DNA from: Rhynchobatus australiae
Taxonomy: Eukaryota
Length of the DNA stretch: 64,000 bases
Assembly (NCBI GenBank): GCA_034780895.1
Contig: JAUZTB010000068.1
Coordinates: 22,994,781-23,058,780, forward strand
Direction: 5' to 3'
Program-made: the position numbers and the translations under genes
Notes under the pieces: model-generated
Databases searched by the model: none
Told to the model about the DNA's origin: nothing
The model's input: only the letters and a program-made list of their open reading frames with translations
Shown: piece after piece, positions 1 through 13,247 of the stretch
How positions within the stretch are numbered: position 1 is the first letter of the stretch
Layout: every line of letters starts with the position of its first letter

Positions 1-204
1 CATTTTAATGTCAATCAAAAACATTGCAACTTGAACTAAAATGTGTTGGTGTATTAATAGAATAACACCCAAAATGTTGGAAAATCTGCTGGTACCAATC
101 ATTCCCAAAGAATGGAGGGAGGGTGAAAACAGGGAACTACCAAACACTTGTTAACCAGTAGTTAACGTCAGCAAGATGAGAGACCCTGAGGAGTGGGGCA
201 GTGA

Positions 205-523
205 ACAGAGCCCTGTTCTCATCAGCGGGGGTGGTCAGCGGTTCAAGTTCCTTGGCATCTGTATCAGCAGCAGCGACTCTGGTCCCTCCACACTGGTCCG
301 GTGATCAACAAAGCACAGCAGTGTATTCCACGGGCATCTGAGAAGATGCAGCTTGTCCGTGAGGATTCTGTAGAACTGTGGATGGGCAGTACAACGTATC
401 CTGACAGGTTCCACCTCAACCTGGGATGGCAACCGCACTGCTCTGGGCCGACGGAACCTGCAGAGAGCGGTCAACTGCCCAGTCAGTCACTGGCTGGTCA
501 CTTCCTTCCATCCATAGAGACAC
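205..523 (+). mobile_element. Decayed Rex1/Babar-clade LINE reverse-transcriptase fragment
   Basis: Degenerate FKFLGI.IS...W..H...INKAQQ...F.R..VE..LT...TTW motifs across frames; runs into a gap. Confidence 0.6.
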
Positions 524-1388
524 NNNNNNNNNNNNNNNNNNNNNNNNNNNNNNNNNNNNNNNNNNNNNNNNNNNNNNNNNNNNNNNNNNNNNNNNNNNNN
601 NNNNNNNNNNNNNNNNNNNNNNNCTGTCTAGATCCAAACTGTTATTAGTATTGTGTGGTTCAGTTTGATCTTTTGATTTTGATAGCTAAATATTGAGTCA
701 TATTTAGAATTGAGTGAGGAACAGACTACCAGTGCAGCCATTAATTCAGCATGCGTTGGTCTGTCTGATACATTTAATAAACTATTTGAGCATGTAATTT
801 TTGTATTAACAACTTACTAGATACATTTGAGTGCTCATAACATTTAATGGTCTTACCCCTCCCCCCAAAGATCCAGATGAATTCAAATAAGTGCAAAAGC
901 GGTATGATTTGCTCGCATTACCTCACTCCCAAAACATGCTTTATTATTGAGAAAATGGAAACTGTGGTTTATGGTCTGAGCAGAATCATTGCCGTCTGCC
1001 CAACCACTACAAATTACACTTTAACTGATAAGAGTGGTGTTCCCTCTGTCAGGACAGGCAAATTAATTAATTAAAAGTGTATTATCATCAATATTTTCCA
1101 CCTTTAAACAAAAAAATGTCTTGGAGTGGCAATTAGAACATAGCCATAAGGTTTCTAAGGCTAATATCCCTATTGGTATGTGGAACAACAATTAGACCAA
1201 AACATAGAACCAGCTCAATACTCATTGAATGGATCCTATTTATATGCTTGGATTTATGGTGTATTTGCCAAAAACAACTCACGACCACGTAAAAGATATG
1301 CATTAAGGGGTCAATTTTACTCATGCACGCAAGCAATGTAATTATTACCACTGGTTTAACATCCATCACTCTGTCCTGATGATAGTAA

Positions 1389-2259
1389 AACTCTGATGGA
1401 AAACCCATCAATAGTTTGGATGCTGACAGGGTTACTGCTAAATCAGCTCGAGCTGACTTGGTATATGAAGTCAAAGGCTACTTATATTAGTCACAATGCC
1501 TATACACAATGAAGTACATCTCTAATGTGCCCTTCAAATCTAGCCTGTAAAGTTCAATTTATGATCCTTGATGGTTGGAACAGACTTGGTGTTGTATGAA
1601 TCTATGCATGTGGACAATTTCTGGTCCATAGAGTAGCAACATAACTGGAGCAAATCCATCACAGAATAGTGTAGTTCATTTCTTTTATGTTATGGTAACA
1701 GTGAAAATTAGGCCGACATAAAACATCCAGGAAGTAATACTCATACCGGCACTAAACAACACAATGGATTTCCACCCATTCATTCCATGAATGAGTGGAA
1801 AATCTAGCCCTTTGTCAGCTTGAAATTAATTCCTATTTCCTTCCTTGCAAGGTGGGCACTAGATTATGTGCGAGGAGAGGGGTTGTGGAAGTTGGGGTGG
1901 GGAATATGGGGGCGAGCTGGTTGGGTAGGAGAGTTCAACTGGCGGCATCTACTTTATAGCTGACAGTGCAGTTAGCTGCTTATGTTTGGACATTTTGTCT
2001 TATTTAGACCATGAACTTTCAGCCAAAACACCTGCTGTAATTCAATCCAGCATGAGTCACTTTCAATATTCAGTCACAGGCCATAATGCTAACCACAAGA
2101 CAAAAGCACACTAGAGATGCACTTCATTCCCGGTACTATTGTCTATAGGCATTGTGACTAATATAAGTAGCCTTTGACTTCATATACCAAGCCAACTCAA
2201 GCTGATTTAGCAGATACCCTGTCAGCATCCAAATTATTAATGGGTTTTCCATCAGAGTT
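1389..2259. repeat. Long inverted repeat, arms 1389-1530 and 2106-2259
   Basis: The reverse complement of 2106-2259 aligns with 1389-1530 (e.g. ttggtatatgaagtcaaaggctacttatattagtcacaatgcctata is identical), with scattered mismatches and one ~12-nt indel. Confidence 0.9.
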
Positions 2260-5200
2260 CTGACCCCAGTTCTTATGAAAAGCTGAAAGGGGCCAGTGGA
2301 CTTATGAATGGTTAAAGCAATGCTGGGAGCTCTCTCTGAATGGTAATTTAGCCTCTGCTGTACTGGCCAATTGAGAATAAGACATAGAATCCTAGCTATT
2401 CAGTGGTTCAGCAAGAGACCATTTGACCCACTACGTCCTTGTTAGTTTATGAGCTGCTGGAGCTAATCCCACTTTTCAGCAGTTGATCCCTAGTCCTGCA
2501 GTTCATGAATCTTCAAGTACACAGTGGAGGTATCTAAAAGTCTTGCTAATTTTAGCAATAATTTCATTGTAAGCCAAATGTGGCATTCCATAACTTTGCA
2601 ATCATAACTTTTTCCACCGCAATTAGCAGTGAAGGGCATTTAATCTCCATAACTTTGGCTCGGCCTGCTCTTCATAATATCTCAATATAGTTTAGTTGCT
2701 CATTTATTGTTGCTTCTATCAGAGCAACTGTAGCCTTATAAGGGATTGCCTGTTTTGAATTTGCAAGAGAGTTCTGAAAGAGGCAGCATCATGTGGAATT
2801 TTCCATTAGGAACCAACTTGTGTCATCTTCTGGCAGAACATTATACTGCAGCAATACATATGCAGTAATGATCAAGAAGTCTTTAACTTGTGGTTCAAAG
2901 AGGATACCTGCTTGTGAACTACCAGCAGGGTGAGAAATGTATAGTTGTCCAGCTGACAACCTGCTTCATTCATGCAGTACCGGTACTATCATTCCTTGTG
3001 CTGTCACTGCACACTGTGTAAAGTGCAGGATCACATTTTTTGATTTCAAAAAGAAACTTTATTCCTAAAAAATGTATACCGGAACTACAATACAAATCAT
3101 ACATGTCTTTTTTTTATATTCACACTGTCCTCTAACCAATACATTATATTTGAAAAGCATCAATGCCACTCCTGTGGCCTCTTTGGACAATCCACCCATC
3201 AAGGTTATTACACTGGACCCAGCCCCTCAGTGTCCAGTGACAGCAGTACCTTAGATTGCAGCCTCTCATAAAGCCTCTGTGTTGGCTGCACCAAGATTCA
3301 GTGTGTCCCTTAGCACTAACTCCTGCAGTCTGGAATGTGCCAGTCAGTAGCATTCACTTATGGACATCTCATTGCAATGGAACACCAACAAGTTTTGGGC
3401 AGACCCAAGTGTGGCTTCCACTGAATTGATGACACTTGATTGGGAAGTACTGGAAAGAGAGGGACAAGTACTTTGTTCAGTCCTGTGTTGTGATCTTTCC
3501 CAGATGGAAAAAAACCGAACTGACCCCAGGCATGAGATGCGTGGCAAGGTACAAGGTCGATCTCTGAATTTCGGACACTTCAAAAACCTTGACTTGTCAA
3601 ACAGACTGACTGCTTGAACAAAGACCAGCTTTGGCTTCAGATCAGAAAGCCTTACCAAACACTGGGAAAAATGAATCTCCCAGAGCTGACAAACAAACAG
3701 CCATCACCAATGCTGCAGGAAGTTTTAAATAAGCTGACTGGAATTTTAACGATTCGGAAAACAATTGTCTTCACCTCTACATTGCTCACAAAAGCAACAA
3801 AATGTCAAAAAAAGCCTGTAACAAGCTCACTGTAAAACACTAAAATGACACTGAAGTTCAGTCTGCCAACTGTATTTCCATGCTCCCATTACAAATCTGG
3901 ACCTCACTGCCCTCTTGCTATGTGACATTCTTACAAAGGAATTGGCTATTTGCACAAAAAATGCTGAGAATTCATTAAACATGTTTTTTTTGAATGATAA
4001 AATCATGTTAGATTACACAGATGATCTAACCTCATTCAACTGAATGCTTTTGCAACAAATCCCTTAGCTTTAAATGACATTGGCAGCGGGTAATGCTCCT
4101 TCACACCACTCTCCTTCCCTGCCGTACAGAAGTAACCTGTGATCTTGGACCTCTCTATAGGTCCATCTCATCTCACTGAACCATCAAATTTCAGCTCTAC
4201 CAAGTCTCACATTTCCATTAACATTTCCCTTTTATTTTCCTTGGTGAAAAATATATAACCTCTTTTGTGTATCTAACCCCAGCTCTATTCACTTCAGTAG
4301 GTTTATAATCCATGTCGCTACTCTGCTGTTTTCAATAGCCTGACCTTGGCAAGTTTGTATGCATGGGAAAATAATTCCAACTTTTACCACATAAACTCAA
4401 GCTAAAAGCTTATGGATATAAAAATCTTCTCTATGCAGTTTTGTGGATAATAACAAAAATAGATATATTCGTTTTGATGTAATGCCTGAATGTACTGCAC
4501 CCATGGATATGTTATTCCTTGCAATTAAATTCCTTTTGGTGTATAAAGGCATCTGTTGTGTAATAAACCCAGCAACATCCCACAAACAATCATAGATTAA
4601 TTACCAGTTACTTTTTATGGTTTCTGTTTTCTTGGCAGTAATGATTGAGGGAGGAATGTTGGGTGGGAACATCAGCTGGCGGAACGCTTGTGGAGCTGAT
4701 AGTTGATGATGTGTCTGTGATGGACTAGCTGAAGAAGTAACTGCAGCGGAATGACAGGCAGGTTCCTTGAGCAGAACGATTAACACACAACCTTCAGACT
4801 TCAATCCTTACCACCTCGTACTTGATAGCAGAGCACTGTGTGCTGAAGTGTCAATACTTGTCACATGCTAAATTCATAGGTAGCTAGCTTAATTCAAAAA
4901 TGCACATCATCATAGAACATCTGTGATCACTCATCATCCAGTTCTGAGCCACAGCATTCTCTCTTCAGGAGGGAGATCACAACAAACAAGTTGCTCCAAG
5001 AGGGCCATAACAAGCTAACCTTGTCTCTGTTCAACACCTTTGCATAACAACACCATTTGTGTTTGATCATGCCGCACAAGAAGACTGGAATCTGGCATCA
5101 GCCACCAGCTAGCTCATTGCTACAGACCCAAATGCTCATCCATTCTTTTGCGACCTGCGGCATTACCAGTGGGCCCTTCTTAACCCGCTAGCTAAATTCA

Positions 5201-5289
5201 GTGGCATGCATTGTGAACCGCGCTTGGTCACTAACAATGCTATTAGTTGGCCCAGAATAAATGTAAACATTAAATAGATAGGTGTAGAT

Positions 5290-5372
5290 GGATAGACAGA
5301 AGAAGAGAAAGAAGGAAGGTAAGAGAAGGAAGGAAAGAATGAATGAAATTGATTGTTTGATTGATTGATTGA
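5290..5372. repeat. Compound tetranucleotide microsatellite (AAGG/AATG/ATTG-like)
   Basis: gaaggaagg...gaatgaatg...gattgattgattg seen directly. Confidence 0.7.
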
Positions 5373-5479
5373 ACAAAATTAATGGTATAACTGAGGTGGG
5401 TCATGTTGTTGGGTACCTAATGGGATGATAATGATGGTCTGATTGGTGAAATTACAGTAAGGAGCTGGTTGGTGATTGA

Positions 5480-5683
5480 CAGTAGTGAGGATGTTAACAG
5501 GGAATGACTGTAGTGAACTGGTCAGCAGAGTTACTGTGGTGAGGTGACAACAATGACAGTTCATTAGGGCGATTGACCAGATGACTGTGGTAGGGTGACT
5601 GGAGGTGCGACTGTGGTGAGGTGCGATTGCCAGCAGATTAGTGGGATGACTGTGGTGAGCCAGGTGATTGTGGTGATTGTGGC
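5480..5683. repeat. Degenerate tandem repeat with core GATGACTGTGGTGAGG
   Basis: actgtggtga/actgtagtga/attgtggtga recur at irregular spacing. Confidence 0.55.
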
Positions 5684-6310
5684 TCTTGTAGACCTTGCTC
5701 TGCCTTCTGAACTCATGGCTGTGGGTTATCCAGATGCCTGCATTCCAGGTTGGCTGCAGCTAGTAAAGGGATTAGGGCTGAATGTGCTCCCTGCTATGCT
5801 GAACATTTTGGTTTGGCTCCTGCTCACCGTTGTCTCCTGTTCTGTAAAAGTTTTGAAAGCTGATAGTTAAATTCATGCTTGCAAGACATCAACTTTAATG
5901 TAAAAGCCACTGCTAAGATAAAAGAAATCTGCCGACTACTCAAATGTGCAGCAGAATGTATACGCATTGGCTAGGCTTACCTCAGAAATGGACTTTGAGG
6001 TGGTGCAAAATTCTCAGGGATATCATCATCAACGCATGTTCAGGAACATCTTGAAGGCTGTGTTGGCACAGCTAGTTTTCTAAGTTACGAATACCAGACT
6101 ATTTGAAGATATTTTTTGGTTTNNNNNNNNNNNNNNNNNNNNNNNNNNNNNNNNNNNNNNNNNNNNNNNNNNNNNNNNNNNNNNNNNNNNNNNNNNNNNN
6201 NNNNNNNNNNNNNNNNNNNNNNTGAAGATATTTTTTGGTTTTTTTTATAGTCTATGTAACAAAATAATTAAAGCACAGTGGAAGTTCTATACCTTTCTCT
6301 AGCAACCATA

Positions 6311-7390
6311 CTAAAACTGAAGTCAGTGGGTATCAAAGGGAAAACCCTCCAATGGCTGAGGTCACATTTTGCACAAAGGAAGATGGTTATGGTGTTGGAG
6401 GACAATCATCCCAGCCCTAGCATATCACAGTCTTCATGGCATTGTCCCAGGTCCAACCATCTTTATCAATGATCTTCCTTTGATCATAAGGCCAGAGGAG
6501 GGGATATTTATTCATGTATGCACAATGTTCTAATACATTTGTAACGCCTCAGCAAATGAAGCAGACCATTTCTGCATGCAGCAAAGTCTAGACAACATTC
6601 AGACATGGACTAATGAGTTGCAACTAATATCCATGCTACAAAAGTGCCAGGGAACAACTGTCTCCAACAAGAGAGAATCCAACCACCTACCCTTGACATT
6701 CAGCAGCATTACCATTGCCCAGTCCCCTGCCTTCCTGGGGGTCACTGTTGACCAGAGACTCAATTGGACCCATGGAAATACTGTGGCTACAAGAGCAGGT
6801 CAGAGGCTGGGTACCCTGCAGTGAGTAACTCACCTCCTGCCTGTCTAGTTCCTTTCCATCATCTCCAAGTCACACCAGGAGCAAGATGGAACATCCCTGA
6901 CTTGCCTGGATGAATGCAGCTCCAATAATTCTCCCAGCACCTCTCAAAAAGATCCACACTATCCAAGACAAGGCACCCTGTGTGACTGGCATTCCATCTA
7001 CCACCCTAAACATTCACTCCCTCCACCCCAGGCTGCAGTGTGTACCATCTACAATGCACTGCAGTTACTTGCTTGGGCTATTAAGACAATACCTTGTTAA
7101 CTGCAAGTTCTACCAACAAGGACAAGGGCACTGGCCACATGCAAACATCACCACCTACAGATTTCCCTCCAATCTACGTGCCATCCTGACTCAGAAATAT
7201 ACTGCAGTTCTTTCTGTGTTGCTGTATCTAAATCCTTGAACTCCTTCCCCACACAGCACTGTGGGAGTAGCTTCACCAGAAAGACTGCAGTGATTGAAGT
7301 GGCTCACCATATTCTGAAGTGCAATTAGAGAAGGACAATAAATACTGTCCTTATCAGTGCTATCCATGTCCCAAGAAATGAATAAATAAT
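6311..7390 (+). mobile_element. Decayed CR1/L2-type LINE, 3' part of RT plus 3' tail
   Basis: ORF-track pieces LKLKSVGIKGKTLQWLRS..AQRKMV, QQSLDNIQTW and LGVTVDQRLNWT..NTVATRAGQRLG are RT C-terminal motifs with frameshifts. The tail (ggctcacca..ttct..gcaattag..aataaat) recurs elsewhere in the window. Confidence 0.8.
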
Positions 7391-8627
7391 GATCCATTCT
7401 CATTGATACTGCAGATTGTTGGTTATAACCATTGAGTTCTATGCATCCTCTGCCAAACAGGATGTCACTATTGTTCCAGGCACCCAATTTCCCTGTTTCT
7501 CAAAATAACTGCAAGGTTAACTGAAACCTTTGCTCATCATTATTTCCTGTGGGGGAAGAGTTTGTTTCCTCCAGCCAAAATCAGAATGAGGAATGAGGTG
7601 ACCTGAAGGTGAAGGACTAAGGCTTCAGTTAGCCAACCATTTACTCCTGTAATTGAATATCCTATCAGTTACTGATACCAGTCATTAGGTCACTGGATAC
7701 AGTACATAAACCATTATAGCAGCTTGCAGTTATGTATGGCCAGGTCTTGAACACTTGCTTGCTGAATGAGTCACAGCTTGCTCTATCACAGTTTTCAGCC
7801 AATAAATGTCAATTACCTGGAGACTATCAATTTAGTTTAGAGTTATATCATCACACAATTGTCAGCAGTATTGTATGGAAGAAGATCTGGATGAGTAGAT
7901 CTGGTGTATTTGCAACTTTGTATCACAGCCAAAAGCAGTGACAGGTCAGTTGATTCATTGACTTCATGTTCTATCTGTTAAATAGAAAATTATGGGTAGT
8001 TAGAAGTCATTACAAGGCTGTAGTTGAATTTCCAAGGCTCATATAACACCATGGATCACAAAGGTGAAGCACAGGATCAGTCTCTAATCACTGAACCCAG
8101 TCTTGAAGTCTTTCTCTTGAATCTATTCATCTTTGTATTGTTTATGAGGCCATGTTACTTTTGCAGCAAGTTTCTTTTTTAATTACTGGGAACTACTATA
8201 CAGTAACTTAATCTCAAAGATCAATGTATTCTGTTCATTTGTTCTGGTGTTTGATTTTTTTTCCAATGATGCTGCCTGTGCTGTGACTTTCAAACAACCC
8301 CACTTTAACACATACAAATATAGTTTCCAATGCATTTCTACTGAAAAGACAGCAGCACAGTAGTTGAAAAGCCAAAGAAGTTCACGGTAATTTTGACTTT
8401 GGCCAATAATGTAAAACACAAGATATTGGCTTGATTTTTGGTTCCACTGAATCATTTAAAGGGTAAGACAATATCTTGTGGTCACAGATCCAAATTCACT
8501 AAGACATAACTTCCCTCAGGTCCTCTACTACTGGATAGTTTCTGAGTATAGAGTTATTAATAATCAACGGATAATCGTTCCAAGTATTTTAGATTTACTT
8601 TATCATTTTCAAATTTGTTCAATGCAT

Positions 8628-9083
8628 TAAGATAAGGTAAGATATCTTTATTAGTCACATGTACATTGAAACACACAGTGAAATGCATCTTTTGCATAGA
8701 GTGTTCTGGGGGCANNNNNNNNNNNNNNNNNNNNNNNNNNNNNNNNNNNNNNNNNNNNNNNNNNNNNNNNNNNNNNNNNNNNNNNNNNNNNNNNNNNNNN
8801 NNNNNNNNNNNNNNCTTTATTAGTCACATGTACATTGAAACACACAGTGAAATGCATCTTTTGCATAGAGTGTTCTGGGGGCAGCCCACAACTGTTACCA
8901 TGCTTCTGACGCCAACATAGCACGCCCGCAACCTCTGAACCTGTACATCTTTGGAATGTGGGAGGAAACCTACGCAGACATGGGGAGAACTTACAAACTC
9001 CTTACCAACAGTGGCCGGAATTGAACCCGGGTCACTGGCACTGTCATGGCATTAGGCTAATAGTTACACTACCATGCCTGCCC
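8628..9083 (-). mobile_element. tRNA-derived SINE (V-SINE/HE1-like body) with an (ATCTT)n-type tail; interrupted by an assembly gap
   Basis: On the minus strand: B box GGTTCAATTCC (plus 9017-9027), central gggtttcc..cctcccacattccaaagatgtac segment, tail ...tacatgtgactaataaagatatcttaccttatctta. Confidence 0.8.
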
Positions 9084-12000
9084 ATTATTTCCAATGTACA
9101 TTATTACCAATGTATGCATTTAACTTATGTATTTAAATTGTACTTCAGCTGTTTATAGGTTAATAGAAATAAAGTACACTAGATGCTAGGGATGTGAAAT
9201 AAGAATGTAGAAAAGCTGGACTACAGGGGATCAAAGTTCATAAGGAACAGGTAGCAAAGAGTTGAGGCCAAGATCAGATCAGCCACAATGCTGCTGAATG
9301 ATGAAGCAGGGTGTACAACCCACCTCTGTCCTATTTCTTATATTCTTAACATAAACAATCAGCAGGCCAGGCAGTATCTGTGGGGAGAGAAGGTTGGCTG
9401 ACACAATGCTGCCTTAGAAACAATCATTTGACAGAGATAAGGCCAGAAAGAGCCTTGGTCAGATGTAACATCCAAAAGATGTTGCATCCTGTAATGTGGC
9501 ATCTCCTCAGCATTATACTAAGGTGTCAGTCTTGAAACCCAGCCAGGTTAGCTCATGCTGCTGGGGTCTGAGCCATCAGGCCAAGGGACGGTGGCTCTTC
9601 TGGTGATGCCCACTTCCTGGGCATAAAAGTGAACAGCACAGTAACTGGAAAACTGATTGGGAGTCACTACATTTCAGCAAAAATGCAAGCAAGGAAAGAA
9701 GGAGGGAGGAAGGAGGGTGTTGGAAAAGTAATGAAAAATCAACTGGCTGTGATGCTGAACAAGTCCATTGATTTTACAGCTTGTCCTTCTAAACCTTTGA
9801 TGAGACCGTCAGCCTCATTCAACACAGGAAAATGTACAGTCCACTGGGACAGGGAAAGGAGGAACTTAATGCCACTGAGGTCAAGCTCAAGATATCCTTT
9901 ATCTGAACCAAAGAAAAATGTAAAAGTCACTGACCCTGACCACCAAGTCCCTATTGTTTCATATGAAGGCTCTTAATCCAGACAGGGAACATTAAAAACA
10001 AATTTCATTTGTTTACTTCAAACTAGAAACTTAGAAAATGATGAGAATTACTTCCAACACTTTTTGCTGTAATTTGGAATCAGCACTTCTGCTTGTCATT
10101 CTCCCATGTGCTTGTTTTTAACATTGAAAGGGAGTTAAATGAAACGCCTCTATCCTTGTAATACAAAACATAGCAGAGTAAGTGTAACAAGAAAATAATA
10201 TTCAAAGGGGAATCCAAAAAGATTATCAGCCCACAAGCTAGGAATTGACCAAAGTGTTGTGTGTGCAACTCCCTGCTTACAGTGCTCACTTGAAACTTTG
10301 TCTCTCACCCATCACTTCCTGCAGCTGGTACAGTTTAATAAAATATATGCAAATGTTTCAACGTTTCAATGAAATCATTGCATATGTTGGTTTTCTAGAA
10401 CTGGCAAAGAGTTAGACAGTTGATGGAATTATCTTCCAGAATGTNNNNNNNNNNNNNNNNNNNNNNNNNNNNNNNNNNNNNNNNNNNNNNNNNNNNNNNN
10501 NNNNNNNNNNNNNNNNNNNNNNNNNNNNNNNNNNNNNNNNNNNNNNNNNNNNNNNNNNNNNNNNNNNNNNNNNNNNNNNNNNNNNNNNNNNNNNNNNNNN
10601 NNNNNNNNNNNNNNNNNNNNNNNNNNNNNNNNNNNNNNNNNNNNNNNNNNNNNNNNNNNNNNNNNNNNNNNNNNNNNNNNNNNNNNNNNNNNNNNNNNNN
10701 NNNNNNNNNNNNNNNNNNNNNNNNNNNNNNNNNNNNNNNNNNNNNNNNNNNNNNNNNNNNNNNNNNNNNNNNNNNNNNNNNNNNNNNNNNNNNNNNNNNN
10801 NNNNNNNNNNNNNNNNNNNNNNNNNNNNNNNNNNNNNNNNNNNNNNNNNNNNNNNNNNNNNNNNNNNNNNNNNNNNNNNNNNNNNNNNNNNNNNNNNNNN
10901 NNNNNNNNNNNNNNNNNNNNNNNNNNNNNNNNNNNNNNNNNNNNNNNNNNNNNNNNNNNNNNNNNNNNNNNNNNNNNNNNNNNNNNNNNNNNNNNNNNNN
11001 NNNNNNNNNNNNNNNNNNNNNNNNNNNNNNNNNNNNNNNNNNNNNNNNNNNNNNNNNNNNNNNNNNNNNNNNNNNNNNNNNNNNNNNNNNNNNNNNNNNN
11101 NNNNNNNNNNNNNNNNNNNNNNNNNNNNNNNNNNNNNNNNNNNNNNNNNNNNNNNNNNNNNNNNNNNNNNNNNNNNNNNNNNNNNNNNNNNNNNNNNNNN
11201 NNNNNNNNNNNNNNNNNNNNNNNNNNNNNNNNNNNNNNNNNNNNNNNNNNNNNNNNNNNNNNNNNNNNNNNNNNNNNNNNNNNNNNNNNNNNNNNNNNNN
11301 NNNNNNNNNNNNNNNNNNNNNNNNNNNNNNNNNNTTCTCTGCGAGCTTGCTCTTTGCTCAACAGTGTTGCTTACAGATCCCTGCAAAGTAGTGTGCACGT
11401 GCGCACTCCTGAGGCAGGGGATCGGGCTTTCAGGAGGGAAGTGAACAGCTGGTGCTGCACAGGTGGGCCAGCCATCCAAATGGTGAACAGTGTGCCAGTC
11501 ATTGTGTAATTAATACTTGGAAATGCTGGAGGTGACTCAGCCTCTTCATTTTCAAGAGTCCTGCCCACATCCTATGACCAGCTGGAGCATCCACTGTATG
11601 CCAAAGGTTATGCTGGTTGGCTCATAAGAGCTGTGATGGATGCAGGTCTCAGTCAGCTAAGCTCTGAAGTCTTCAGATGTGACTGTAAGTCTCGTTTAAT
11701 TGTGTAATGGGGGCTGGAGAGGGTGTAAAATCTGTTCAGCAGGAAGGTGCTATTAATGTCATAAGCACTTAGAAGTCCACATGTGGCATTTCTAGAACAA
11801 GCTAAGGGAAACAGCAGGAAATGCTAAAACAATGAATCTGTTCATTCTGCTGCTGATTTTATACTGCAGGGGTTTTTCTCCCTGCATTTCAATGTGACAA
11901 GAATTATATTCTTAGCCCTGTCTCAAACCAGCAGGGAATGTGACTGACAGGTTGATAGCATTGAAAAATATATGGAAATAGAGATTCAAATCTCATGTAA

Positions 12001-13091
12001 ATAAGAACCATATGCTGAGAAATATTCTTTTAGCAGGAAAAGTCCTTGTGTAACATTATTTTTTCTCTTGTGTGGTTGACTGATGCCCTGACATTCCACA
12101 AGCAGGAAGCTATGAAGCAGAAATAGATAGGTTTCCCTCATCTTCACCATTCTGCAGGGGAAAGCTTAAATTTTTGCCATGAGCAAAAAGCACCTTTTAG
12201 ACACAAGACTTTCTGATTATAGCACGAAGGGTTTAACTTCTACAATACAAAAATGGGATGCTCCACTTCCATGTTCACATCTGAAAGATGGCTGCCTTCT
12301 GTAAAGCTATTTGCATTATATCTTGGTGACAGCTTGCGTTTATAACACAGAAAGTGAATTGAGCTTGAGTCACCAAGGCAGGCCTGCTCAAATGAACAAA
12401 TCTTTGCCTGACCCTCTTCTCCCTTAGGGAAAGCTCCTTTTGAAGTGTTTGATTATTGTCATGCACCACCTTGCTTTCTGAAAGTGTTTGCTTTCTNNNN
12501 NNNNNNNNNNNNNNNNNNNNNNNNNNTTTAATTTGTGAAATTTGTGTCCAACCATTGCAAAATGAAGGAATTGCCCTCAGCGTTTGTTTCAAGAGCCCAG
12601 AAGTGACTATGCCATGATAAATATCAAAGCAGTATTAAATAAAAAGTTCTGCTCCATTTTTGTCTTTTCTCACTTTGCCTGAAAGATCTTAAAACGTTAA
12701 AATCAAAGCATTATAATGTTTGTTGGGTCCAGTTGTGACAGTAAGGAATAAAATTTCCAATGCACCCACTCATGGAGCATCCTGATAGGGTTATCACAAA
12801 ACTGATCACTTGTTATCTGTGATTTTCCTTCCATTAACATTAATGGGCTTATAGTTACACAGATTGAAGGAACACATTTATTTTGTCAATTTTAATAGAC
12901 AGGAGTAAACACATCACAATTTCTACTAGCTGGGTGCAATAACATATTATTTGTTTGAACTATGGAAACTACCAAAGAGTACAGTTACAAGACTTCCCTT
13001 TATTAACTTGACTTTTGTCTGGACCATTTGAACTAAAGTGACATTGCAAGCAAAGCTGGTGTTTTGTCCATAACTACTGGTGATAGAGTAA

Positions 13092-13247
13092 CAATCTGCT
13101 GGAGGAACTCAGCAGGTTGAGCAGCATCAGGACCTGAGGCAGGGTGGCAACCCAAAATGTCAACAATTCCTTTCACCCCACGGATGCTGCTTGACCTGCT
13201 GAATTCCTCCGGCAGATTGCTTGTTGCTCTAGATTCCAGCATCTGCA
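13092..13247 (+). mobile_element. Penelope-like terminal-repeat fragment with an inverted partial copy
   Basis: gatgctgc.tgacctgctga.ttcctcc.gca motif shared with 39385-39420. 37-nt inverted arms at 13092-13128 and 13183-13219. Confidence 0.7.

Noticed and set aside
1133-1474. PSEFYY in a minus-strand ORF, loosely like the NPDEFYY of UTP11 (a neighbour of FHL3 in mammals)
   Set aside because: Only a few residues match, the flanks do not, and it sits at the edge of an inverted-repeat arm.
3344-3835. Overlapping ORFs on both strands (85-104 aa)
   Set aside because: No recognisable homology or consistent exon boundaries; a protein search would be needed to rescue them.
9000-9083. tRNA-like A and B boxes (also 51500-51583, 18650-18720)
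   Set aside because: These are SINE heads continuing into SINE bodies; no complete cloverleaf.
9629-9976. 115-aa ORF with an opposite-strand 63-aa ORF preceded by an acceptor-like tract
   Set aside because: No family similarity recognised, and no partner exon or donor identified.
10412-11479. Long ORFs of 300-390 aa here and at 36243-37403, plus shorter ones at 54506-55232
   Set aside because: They are almost entirely X translated from N gaps.
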